Origin: Candidatus Fraserbacteria bacterium
Lineage (GTDB): Bacteria > Bipolaricaulota > Bipolaricaulia > RBG-16-55-9 > DRXL01
Assembly (NCBI GenBank): GCA_947085185.1
Contig: CAMTVK010000019.1
Span: 1 to 64,000 of the forward strand
Length of the DNA: 64,000 nt
Direction: 5' to 3'
Part shown: piece after piece, positions 18,971-27,329 of the stretch
Layout: each line of letters begins with the position of its first letter
How positions within the stretch are numbered: the first letter of the stretch is position 1
Notes under the pieces: model-generated
Told to the model about the DNA's origin: nothing
What the model saw: only the letters and a program-made list of their open reading frames with translations
The model's database searches: none
Translations under genes and position numbers: made by a program

Positions 18971-19713
18971 AGTGAATCTGTCGCGTGTGGCCCGCGAATC
19001 AGCTCTACGAACACGTCCTCGAGGCTCTTGCCCTGGGTCAGCTCCTCAACGGTGCCTTCTGTGAGGAGCTGACCCTGATGGAGAATCGCCACGCGATCGC
19101 AAATTCTTTCGATTTCCGTAAGCACATGCGAGCTGATAAAGACCGTCGTCCCCTCACCCTTGAGTCTTAGGAGAAGATCTTTGACATCCTTGCGTCCGAG
19201 GGGATCTAAGTTGGCTGTGGGCTCATCTAAGATCAAGAGCTTGGGCTTGTTGAGCAACGCTTGCGCAAGACCGAGGCGCTGGCGCATCCCTTTGGAGAAT
19301 TCTCTGACTTTGGAAGCGCGCCGGTCGTCCAGCCCTACAAGCTTCAAGAGCGCATCGACGTGCGCGCGATCGTGGATGCCCGAGAGCTTGCTGAAGAAAT
19401 CCAGGACTTGCCAAGCTTTTAAGTACTCCGGCAGCTGGTGATCTTCAGGGAGATATCCCACGAGTCGGCGCGCCTCTGCGCGGCGGCTGTCGAGCCCAAA
19501 CAGCTTAACCGTGCCGCGATCAGCAGATACAATCCCCAAAAGAATCTTGATGAGCGTCGTCTTGCCTGCGCCGTTGGGGCCGAGCAGCCCGAAGATCTCG
19601 CCCTCTTGGACGCGCAAGCTCACGCCCCGGAGCGCCTCAATGCCAGTGCGCCGCACAATCCCTCGATAAGTTTTGTAAAGCTCGATGGCTTCAAGAGCGT
19701 CGCCCATGATCAA
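18967..19713 (-). CDS. ABC transporter ATP-binding protein
   Basis: GPNGAGKTT, FSKGMRQR, ILDEPT, SSH. Confidence 0.95.
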   Translation of the reverse strand: MIMGDALEAIELYKTYRGIVRRTGIEALRGVSLRVQEGEIFGLLGPNGAGKTTLIKILLGIVSADRGTVKLFGLDSRRAEARRLVGYLPEDHQLPEYLKAWQVLDFFSKLSGIHDRAHVDALLKLVGLDDRRASKVREFSKGMRQRLGLAQALLNKPKLLILDEPTANLDPLGRKDVKDLLLRLKGEGTTVFISSHVLTEIERICDRVAILHQGQLLTEGTVEELTQGKSLEDVFVELIRGPHATDSL

Positions 19714-19861
19714 GCTCCTAGGATAAGCGTTGCGCTATGGGGATGTCAAGTTGGCTCTCGGGGGGACAATGCGCGCACCTGGCGAGCAGCGGTAGGGCCT
19801 TCTGGTTTTCAGCAACTGGTCGCAGTTCGATACCCAAGGATTCTCATTAAAATAACGTTCC

Positions 19862-19888
19862 GGTAACGATCTCTTGGCGCAGGGACCG
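19862..19888 (-). repeat. Isolated 27-bp IS-end-like sequence
   Basis: Exact reverse complement of 29944-29970; 17/20 match to the inner part of the IS481 right end. Confidence 0.7.
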
Positions 19889-19895
19889 CACCCCC

Positions 19896-19924
19896 TTGAC
19901 AAATCCCTGTGAATGTGCTATAGT
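19896..19924 (+). promoter_or_regulatory. sigma70 promoter of the cold-shock gene
   Basis: TTGACA-N17-TATAGT with extended TG. Confidence 0.8.
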
Positions 19925-20095
19925 ACATTTAGCTGTACGACTTGTCTTGGTCGTTGCGACATATGATGTGACCCATCGAAGGCGCTGCACCAGCCAAGTT
20001 CGACCCTCCGACACGTGACGTTGCCGGGGCCTACACCCCTGATGCACGAGACGGACGTCGAGACGGGAATAAGACAGCAGAAAGGGGTTGTGCAC

Positions 20096-20299
20096 ATGGT
20101 AACCGGCAAAGTCAAGTGGTTCAACGACGCCAAGGGCTATGGCTTCATCCAACAGGATAACGGCGGCCCGGACGTCTTTGTGCACTTCTCAGCCATCAAG
20201 GCCGAGGGGTTCAAGACCTTGCGCGAGGGCCAAGCGGTGGAGTTCGAGATCACCAGCGACGCCAAAGGCCCCCGAGCCGCAAACGTCCAGCCCAAATAA
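20096..20299 (+). CDS. csp: Cold-shock protein
   Basis: [32 protein letters not shown]. Confidence 0.97.
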   Translation: MVTGKVKWFNDAKGYGFIQQDNGGPDVFVHFSAIKAEGFKTLREGQAVEFEITSDAKGPRAANVQPK

Positions 20300-20325
20300 G
20301 CGCGTCTGATCACACAGACAGCTTG

Positions 20326-20362
20326 TCCCCGGCACGGGCACTGCCCTGCCGGGGATCTTTTT
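20326..20362 (+). terminator. Intrinsic terminator
   Basis: TCCCCGGCA(C)GGGCA / TGCCCTGCCGGGGA stem followed by TCTTTTT. Confidence 0.75.
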
Positions 20363-20420
20363 GGGGTTGCAGAATGCCCCCATTTCGTCTATTGTAGAGT
20401 TGACAGCGAGGTGTCATCCT

Positions 20421-22136
20421 ATGGCCGACCGATCCCGAAATCGTCGCAACAGTGAAGAGCGTCCGCCCCTGGAGCCTGGTGGGCCAGGCCGCCCCGAAGG
20501 TCGCATTCGTGCTGTAGCTATCCTAGAAGAGATCCTGCGCTATACCCCACAAAACGATCCACGCATGGGGCTGTTAGAGCTGCTCTATGAGCAGCTCCAG
20601 GCCGACGAGCGCGCCTACCGCGAGGCCCAGGAGACCATCCGACAGTTCAACGAAACGTATGAGAAGCTGACATCCCCAGCCAATCGCATCGGCACGTTCT
20701 TAGGGGCGCCCCAAGAGGGCATCGCCTATATCGCCGTGGGCGATGCCGAGTACTATGCCAACGTTGATCCTAAGCTCGACGTGAAGCAGCTCAAGGTGGG
20801 CACTCGCGTCAAGATCAATGAAGCGTTTGCCGTGGTCGGCGATATTGGGTATCACCCTGAGGGCCCCATGGTGAAGGTCGCCGAGGTCCTGCCCGATGGG
20901 AGATTGAGAATTGCCATGGATGCCCAGATGGGCTCCGGGCGGATCGTGCTGCGCTCTTCAGATCTAGCAGAAAAAGCTCTCAAAGTTGGGGACGAGGTAC
21001 GCCTTGAGCCGACGATGCGCGTGGCGCTGGAGCATTTTCAGAAATCTGAGGTGCGCGGGTATTTCTTAGAGAAAATCCCTGAAATCCCGTGGGAGAAGAT
21101 CGGCGGCCAAGAAGAAGCGATCTCCCTCATCCGTGATACGATCGAGCGCCCGCTGCTTTATCCGGAGCTCTATAAAAAGTTTGGCAAGCGCCATCTGAAG
21201 GGGATCTTGCTCTATGGGCCTCCTGGCTGTGGCAAGACTCTCATTGGGAAAGCTACAGCGTATAATCTCACCAAAGCGTATCGGGAGCGCACGGGGCGCG
21301 ACGTGCGCGAGTACTTTATGCTCATCAACGGGCCGCAGCTGCTCAACATGTGGCTGGGGGAGACGGAGCGCTTTATTCGAGAGATCTTCGCGGCGGCGCG
21401 CGAGCGCGCCAAGGAAGGGTACTTAGTCTTCATCTTCATCGATGAGGCCGACGCCCTGCTGCGGGTGCGCAGCTCCGGCAGATACTTAAATATCGCGAAC
21501 ACGGTCGTGCCCCAGTTTGCCGCGGAGATGGACGGGCTGGTCTCACTAGAGAACGTCGTCGTCATGCTCACGAGCAATCGTCCTGACTATATTGACCCGG
21601 CGATCTTGCGCCCGGAGCGCATCGACCGAAAGGTCAAAGTCGGGCGTCCCAACCGCGACGCATCGCGCGCTATTTTTGCGATCTATCTGGACGAGAGCGT
21701 CCCACTCGATCCAGAGACGGTCACCAAGCACGGCAGCCCTGAGGCGGCGCGACAGGCATTAGTCGAGCACGCAGCAGATTATCTCTTCCGCAGGGACCGA
21801 GAGACCGCGTTTTTAGAAGTTGTGCTCAAGAGCGGGCGGCGCGAGACGCTCTATTGGTGCGATCTCGTCAGTGGCGCTCTCATTATGTCCGCCGTGGAGC
21901 GCGCCAAAGATATGGCCATCAGACGGTGTATCGAGAAGGGCACCGACACCGAGGGCGTCAGTTTAGAAGACCTCAAAGGAGCGATTCGGCAAGAGTACAA
22001 AGAGAGCGAGATCTTCCCCAAGACGGATTATCTTGAAGATTGGCTGAAGCTCTTGGACTACGATCCAGAAGAGGTCGTCGAGGTGCGCCCGGTGCGTGAG
22101 AGTCGTGAGCGCCGTGCCGGCGAGATGGTGGTGTAG
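20421..22136 (+). CDS. arc: ARC/Mpa-type proteasome-associated AAA+ ATPase
   Basis: Coiled coil, two OB-like segments, GPPGCGKT, FIDEAD, TVVPQF..EMDG, SGA.I...VERAK. Confidence 0.8.
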   Translation: MADRSRNRRNSEERPPLEPGGPGRPEGRIRAVAILEEILRYTPQNDPRMGLLELLYEQLQADERAYREAQETIRQFNETYEKLTSPANRIGTFLGAPQEGIAYIAVGDAEYYANVDPKLDVKQLKVGTRVKINEAFAVVGDIGYHPEGPMVKVAEVLPDGRLRIAMDAQMGSGRIVLRSSDLAEKALKVGDEVRLEPTMRVALEHFQKSEVRGYFLEKIPEIPWEKIGGQEEAISLIRDTIERPLLYPELYKKFGKRHLKGILLYGPPGCGKTLIGKATAYNLTKAYRERTGRDVREYFMLINGPQLLNMWLGETERFIREIFAAARERAKEGYLVFIFIDEADALLRVRSSGRYLNIANTVVPQFAAEMDGLVSLENVVVMLTSNRPDYIDPAILRPERIDRKVKVGRPNRDASRAIFAIYLDESVPLDPETVTKHGSPEAARQALVEHAADYLFRRDRETAFLEVVLKSGRRETLYWCDLVSGALIMSAVERAKDMAIRRCIEKGTDTEGVSLEDLKGAIRQEYKESEIFPKTDYLEDWLKLLDYDPEEVVEVRPVRESRERRAGEMVV

Positions 22137-22140
22137 GACA

Positions 22141-22434
22141 ATGGTGAAGCCTGCAGTGACTAAGCACCCACATATTGAGTGCCACGCTGAAGTTTGTGGC
22201 GGTGAGCCAGTGATCAAAGGAACGCGGATCACTGTGGGGCTCATCGCAGAATTGGAGCAAATGGGCAAGACAGCTGATGAGATCGTGGCGCTCTATCCCC
22301 ATATCACGCACGCTCAGGTCTACGATGCACTGGCATATTATTATGACAACAAAGGAGAGATAGATCGCTACCGCCAAGAGAATTCCGAAGAGCATTTACG
22401 CCAGAAATACAAAGGGGCCTCTTGGATGAAGTGA
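22141..22434 (+). CDS. DUF433 antitoxin
   Basis: VCGGEPVIKGTRITV, YPHITHAQVYDALAYYYDN. Confidence 0.9.
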   Translation: MVKPAVTKHPHIECHAEVCGGEPVIKGTRITVGLIAELEQMGKTADEIVALYPHITHAQVYDALAYYYDNKGEIDRYRQENSEEHLRQKYKGASWMK

Positions 22435-22775
22435 AACTTTATCTGGACGAAAATATCACTCCGATGTTAGCAAGTGTGTTGCGAGGGCGAGGGTATGACG
22501 TGGTCAGCGCGCACGAGGTCGGCATGAGGGGCAAATCAGATGAAGAGCAACTAGAATACGCCGTCTCGCGGGGACGTGCTTTGCTGACGTTCAATGCCAA
22601 GCACTTTGCTCCTCTGGCTGAAAAGTATTTCAAGAAAGGCCGAGAGCATCACGGGATCGTCGCCACAAAAACCCTCGACTTGCCCGGGTTGATCCGCTTG
22701 ACAATCAACCTGCTCCACCGTGCTAAAACTGAAGAACTGAAGAATAATTTTGTCTGGCTGGAGAGCTATCGCTGA
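22422..22775 (+). CDS. DUF5615 PIN-like toxin
   Basis: KLYLDEN, GKSDEEQLEYA, LLTFNAKHF, HHGI. Confidence 0.9.
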   Translation: MDEVKLYLDENITPMLASVLRGRGYDVVSAHEVGMRGKSDEEQLEYAVSRGRALLTFNAKHFAPLAEKYFKKGREHHGIVATKTLDLPGLIRLTINLLHRAKTEELKNNFVWLESYR

Positions 22776-23443
22776 GCGTCATACTGGTGATTTTGCTTGA
22801 GTGCAAGCTCTTCGATCAACTTTGGAATCTGGCGGAAGTCATCCGTATGCGCTGCAGCGACTTTGGTCAGCTCTGGGTCCTTGGGCGCAAATGCGATCGC
22901 CAAGCCGGCGCTTTTCATCACGGGGATATCATTGAGATGGTCCCCAACAAAGCAGACTTCTTTCGGATCTAAGCCCTCACGCCGGCACAGCTCCAGAAAA
23001 TGACGATCTTTCCCCCAAAGATAGACGCGCTGCTCGCACTCGCCCGTGAAGACCCCGTCGCACACTCGCAGCCCGTTAGCAAGATAAAAGTCCATCCCCA
23101 GGTCATCACAGATATATGCAGCGATACGGTCGAGCCCGCTCGTGAGAATCCCCAGTTTGTACTGACGCTTGAGCTGTGCTATGGTCTCGCGGGCGCCGGG
23201 CGTGTACGGCGGCGGCAAGATCGCCCTGTAGATCTTCTCAGCAGAGATGCCCTTCAAAAGCCGCGCGTTAGCCTCCGTCCACTCCCAGTACAACTCTCTT
23301 TTAGGAAAGTAATGCTCCATCAAGCAATCCCATTGCTCTTTGAGCCCAGCAGCATACCCAAGAGCATCCCAACTGCTCTGGAAGGGCCCATCGTACTGCA
23401 CAAGCGTCCCGTCCATGTCGAAGATCACAGCTTTGATCGTCAC
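22766..23443 (-). CDS. HAD hydrolase (SerB-like)
   Basis: FDMDGTL, TSG, GDHLND. Confidence 0.85.
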   Translation of the reverse strand: MTIKAVIFDMDGTLVQYDGPFQSSWDALGYAAGLKEQWDCLMEHYFPKRELYWEWTEANARLLKGISAEKIYRAILPPPYTPGARETIAQLKRQYKLGILTSGLDRIAAYICDDLGMDFYLANGLRVCDGVFTGECEQRVYLWGKDRHFLELCRREGLDPKEVCFVGDHLNDIPVMKSAGLAIAFAPKDPELTKVAAAHTDDFRQIPKLIEELALKQNHQYDAQR

Positions 23444-23544
23444 GGTGCCTCCTCACTCTGAAAGCATAAGTTTACCACACCCTTGCCAGGCTGTGCCAAC
23501 TGCGCTACAATGCCCTCTAGACTCTCGTAGGAAAGGAGCACCCT

Positions 23545-25257
23545 ATGCCCATATCGCTCGAAAACTTGCCCAGTGAGTTTCACCGGAAGTTCGTGCCAGC
23601 TCACGCAAATCTTGGAGACTGGGATCAAATCAAACCCTTGCTCGAAGAGCTGGAGCGTCGCCCTATCAAAACGGCGACTGATCTTGAGCAATGGTTACTC
23701 GACTCTTCTGAACTTGGTGCAGCCATCGGCGAAGAAGCCGCCGTCCGCCGCATCCGCATGACGTGTGATACCGAGAACGAAGAATATCGTAGAGCGTTCT
23801 TGCACTTTGTCGAGAACATTCAGCCCAGGCTGAGAGAATACGGCCATCGGCTCAATGTGAAATATGTGCAGAGTCCCACTCGCGAGAGCTTGCCCAAGTC
23901 ACGCTACTTCGTCTACGACCGCAGCACCGCCAACCAAGTCGAGATCTTCCGTGAAGAGAATATCCCACTCATGACTGAGGCTACGAAGCTCGCTCAAAAG
24001 TATCAAGTGATATCTGGGGCGCAGACGGTGCATTTCGACGGGCGCGAGCAGACTCTGCAACAGATGGCAAAATACTTAGAAGAGCCCGATAGGGCGCTGC
24101 GCCAGAGCGCGTGGGAGAAGATCGAAGAACGCCGCCTCACAGATCGCGAGGCTTTCAACGAACTGTATGATCAGCTGATCGAGCTGCGCCAAAAGATCGC
24201 CCAGAACGCGGGATTTGCAAACTATCGCGATTATGTCTTCAAAGCGTTCGAGCGCTTTGAGTACACTCCCGAGGACTGCCGGCGCTATCACGATGCCGTC
24301 GAAAGATATATAGTGCCGTTGATGCGCGAGCTTCAGGGGAGACGGCAGCGCGAGATGGGCCTTGCTGAACTGCGCCCTTGGGATCTGGCGGCAGACCCGC
24401 AGGGGCGACCGCCACTGCGCCCCTTCCAGAGAGCTCAAGAACTCATTGACGGCTGCCACGAGATCTTTTATCAGCTCGACAGCGAGCTTGGGGCCCAGTT
24501 TCGCCGCATGGCCGAGCTCAATCTCTTTGACTTAGAGAGCCGCAAGGGCAAAGCCCCCGGCGGCTACCAAGCAACACTAACTGAGCGCCGGCTGCCGTTT
24601 ATCTTTATGAATGCTGTCGGGCGCAATGCCGATTTGCGAACGATGCTCCACGAATCGGGTCACGCATTCCACACGATGGCCACGCGCACTGAATCATTAC
24701 TGAGCTATCGCCATGCGCCGACGGAGTTTTCCGAAGTCGCTTCGATGGGTATGGAGCTGCTCTCTCAGCCATATCTGACGACCTTTTACTCTGCTGATGA
24801 AGCCCAGCGCGCTGCGCGCGAACACCTTGAGGGGATAGTCTATCTGCTGCCGTGGGTCGCAACGATTGATGCGTTTCAGCATTGGGTCTACACGCATCCT
24901 GGGCACAGTGTTGCTGAGCGTGAAGCCTATTGGCTAGAGCTGCGTCGGCGCTTTGGCGGGATCGAGAATTGGGCTGGCTATGAAGAAGCCCAGCGCAACT
25001 TCTGGCAGCGCCAGCTCCACCTCTACCTGCACCCGTTCTATTATATTGAGTATGGGATTGCACAACTGGGGGCGCTGCAGCTTTATGCGCGCGCCAAGAG
25101 AGATCCTCAAGAAGCTCTTCTTGCGTACAAGCGGGCCTTAGCGCTTGGGGGCTCGCGGCCGTTGCCAGAGCTCTTTGCCGCCGCGGGGCTGAAGTTCGAC
25201 TTCGGCGAGAAGACCGTCAGCCAAGCAGCAGCACTGCTGCGCCATGAGCTCTTATAA
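23545..25257 (+). CDS. M3 family oligoendopeptidase (PepF-like)
   Basis: HESGHAFH, EVASMGME, PFYYIEYGIA. Confidence 0.93.
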   Translation: MPISLENLPSEFHRKFVPAHANLGDWDQIKPLLEELERRPIKTATDLEQWLLDSSELGAAIGEEAAVRRIRMTCDTENEEYRRAFLHFVENIQPRLREYGHRLNVKYVQSPTRESLPKSRYFVYDRSTANQVEIFREENIPLMTEATKLAQKYQVISGAQTVHFDGREQTLQQMAKYLEEPDRALRQSAWEKIEERRLTDREAFNELYDQLIELRQKIAQNAGFANYRDYVFKAFERFEYTPEDCRRYHDAVERYIVPLMRELQGRRQREMGLAELRPWDLAADPQGRPPLRPFQRAQELIDGCHEIFYQLDSELGAQFRRMAELNLFDLESRKGKAPGGYQATLTERRLPFIFMNAVGRNADLRTMLHESGHAFHTMATRTESLLSYRHAPTEFSEVASMGMELLSQPYLTTFYSADEAQRAAREHLEGIVYLLPWVATIDAFQHWVYTHPGHSVAEREAYWLELRRRFGGIENWAGYEEAQRNFWQRQLHLYLHPFYYIEYGIAQLGALQLYARAKRDPQEALLAYKRALALGGSRPLPELFAAAGLKFDFGEKTVSQAAALLRHELL

Positions 25258-26001
25258 CCTGCGCCACGGCAGCGCCCAGCGCTCCAGCAGCGTCAGCAGC
25301 CCAAAGAGCCCTATACCCAACAGAGCTAACGCCAAGATCGCCGCGAAGACTAAATCAGTCTTGAGCGTCGCGTTGGCGCGCAGCATCACATAGCCCAAGC
25401 CCGCTTGCGCTCCCACCCACTCGCCGATCACCGCGCCCACGACGCTGAGCGTGATCCCCACCCGCGCCCCAGAAAAGAGAAACGGCAACGCTGAGGGAAG
25501 CTGCACCTTTCGCAAGATCTGACGCTTTGAGGCGCCAAAAATCTTTAGCAGATCTATCAAATCGGGGTCGGCCGCCCGCAGGCCATCTACCGTGTTCACA
25601 ACAATGGGAAAGAACGCGATGATCGCCGCTACGGTCACTTTGGGCCAGATCGTAAACCCCAGCCAAAGCTTGAGCAACGGCGCAATGGCAAAGAGCGGCA
25701 TGTTCTGCAAGAAAATAATAATGGGGTAGAAGACGCGTTCGAGTGTCTTACTGTAGAAGATCGCTAGCGCCAACGCGAACGCGCTCACCAGCGCGATCAC
25801 AAACCCCAGAGCGATCTCGCCCAGCGTGACGAGAAAGTGCTCAGCGAGCAGCGAAAAATCCAAGACAAAGCGCGTGGCGATCTGACTTGGCGGAGGGAGA
25901 AGAAACACCGGCACCCCTGCCAGACGCACGGATGCTTCCCATGCGACCAGCAGCCCACCAAACACCAACACCGCTGGATGGATGAGGCGACGACTCAACA
26001 A
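25252..26001 (-). CDS. NitT/TauT/ThiX-type ABC permease
   Basis: LPPPS, P.FAIAPL, GAVIGEWVGAQAGLG. Confidence 0.9.
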   Translation of the reverse strand: MLSRRLIHPAVLVFGGLLVAWEASVRLAGVPVFLLPPPSQIATRFVLDFSLLAEHFLVTLGEIALGFVIALVSAFALALAIFYSKTLERVFYPIIIFLQNMPLFAIAPLLKLWLGFTIWPKVTVAAIIAFFPIVVNTVDGLRAADPDLIDLLKIFGASKRQILRKVQLPSALPFLFSGARVGITLSVVGAVIGEWVGAQAGLGYVMLRANATLKTDLVFAAILALALLGIGLFGLLTLLERWALPWRRL

Positions 26002-26735
26002 TGACTCCCTCTCAGATCTCTCAAGCCCTTAGGGGTCGGACAGTCAGGCGTCACAGTCACGGTGACGTCCTTGGATGCGCTGAACGCCCCATCACTGACG
26101 GTCAAACGAAAGACGAGTGTGGACGGTTCGGCTGGCGCAAGAAAGATCGCATAGAGAGTCTCAGCCCCAAAGAGCAAGACCGGCGGCCCTGAGATCTGAT
26201 CCCAGCGATAGCGCAAGAGGTCACCGTCTGGGTCTGAACTGTCAAACGCGCTGAGCAAGACGATCTGATAGGGTGTGACGGTCTGATCGGGATTCGTGGC
26301 AGCTTGCGGAGGCTGATTGGCCCGTACATAAATTCTGAGCTCTCTCGAGACGCTCTCGTAGTCTGTGCGCGCGATGAAGCGGACTAGTAGGGGCTCTTCG
26401 GGGTTGGTGACGTGCGCTTCGGTCGGGGTGAAGGTGAAGACTTGGACGGCCTCGCCTTGGCGCCAGACCGACTCAAACGATGCGTTATCTGGGAGCCAGC
26501 TTGCGATCAATTTGATAGGAACCCACAAGGGCATGCCACGGGCTTGCACCCAGACCTGGAGTGTCTGTCCAAGCCGCATGGTGCATGCGAGGGCTCCCTC
26601 AAGATCAGGAGCGCAGAGGGCCCAGGGGCCAAAGAGCTCAAGATCGAGCTGAACTGAAGCCATCTGAGCCTGTGTGACCGATGGGACGAACACCGCCACA
26701 AGAGCGAATACGAGCACGATCCTGACAGACTTCAT
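25995..26735 (-). CDS. Secreted protein with C-terminal PKD-like Ig domain
   Basis: Signal peptide; NQPP.A, SSDPDGD.L.Y.W.QISGP, FRLTVSDG. Confidence 0.8.
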   Translation of the reverse strand: MKSVRIVLVFALVAVFVPSVTQAQMASVQLDLELFGPWALCAPDLEGALACTMRLGQTLQVWVQARGMPLWVPIKLIASWLPDNASFESVWRQGEAVQVFTFTPTEAHVTNPEEPLLVRFIARTDYESVSRELRIYVRANQPPQAATNPDQTVTPYQIVLLSAFDSSDPDGDLLRYRWDQISGPPVLLFGAETLYAIFLAPAEPSTLVFRLTVSDGAFSASKDVTVTVTPDCPTPKGLRDLRGSHC

Positions 26736-26842
26736 AACTCCCCCTTTAACTGATGATCGCGTGGTAGCTTATTCTAGCACACAGACGGGGAGGATGTCTA
26801 TTCTGATGCTCTTCATAGCTGTTGCCACTCCACTATCAATCT

Positions 26843-26947
26843 TCACAACACACTGCGCATCTCGCGCTTGCACTCCCGGAGCGTCCTCCCAAAGGCAATA
26901 GCTCCTGGGCATGGGCGGATAGTGCCGCAGTATGTGCCGTCTTCCAA
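26843..26947 (-). pseudogene. HicB-family antitoxin fragment (not in ORF track)
   Basis: Hand translation LEDGTYCGTIRPCPGAIAFGRTLRECKREMRSVL*; 5' end replaced by IS sequence. Confidence 0.7.
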
Positions 26948-27215
26948 CGAAGTCTACACCATGAACAAGAGCGAAGCAAGACGCCAACTCGTGCAGACCT
27001 CCCTGAAGACGGGCTCCATTGCCCGCACCGCCCGGCTCTGGCAGACCAGCCGTCGGTGGTACGCACCTGGGTGCGCCGCTTCCAAGCCCAGGGCCAGGCC
27101 GGGCTGGCCGACCGCAGCCGCCGCCCACATTCCTGTCCACGCCAGACTCAACCGGCTCTGCTTGGATCGCATCTCGACCGATTGGGTCCTAGTAACCATC
27201 TCTTGACCCATTACA
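26946..27215 (+). mobile_element. Internally deleted IS481-family remnant
   Basis: MNKSEARRQLVQT..SIARTARLWQTSR, frameshift, VVRTWVRRFQAQGQAGLADRSRRPHSCPRQT, jump to LDRISTDWVL and end TCTTGACCCATTACA. Confidence 0.85.
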
Positions 27216-27222
27216 GCCTTGG

Positions 27223-27321
27223 GCCGGCGGATCAATCCGCCGGCTCAGCAGATAGAAGCGTGCTGAAGCACGCTCCCTAGTCTGCGGGCTTCCATCTTCT
27301 GAGCCGGATGCTTCATCCGGC
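27223..27321. repeat. REP-like cluster of three palindromes
   Basis: GCCGGCGGAT-ca-ATCCGCCGGC; AGCGTGCT-ga-AGCACGCT; GCCGGATG-ctt-CATCCGGC. Confidence 0.7.
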
Positions 27322-27329
27322 CATTTGCT

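Noticed and set aside
20421..22136. FtsH or Cdc48 assignment
   Set aside because: No TM or protease domain, a single AAA module, and ARC-specific motifs are present
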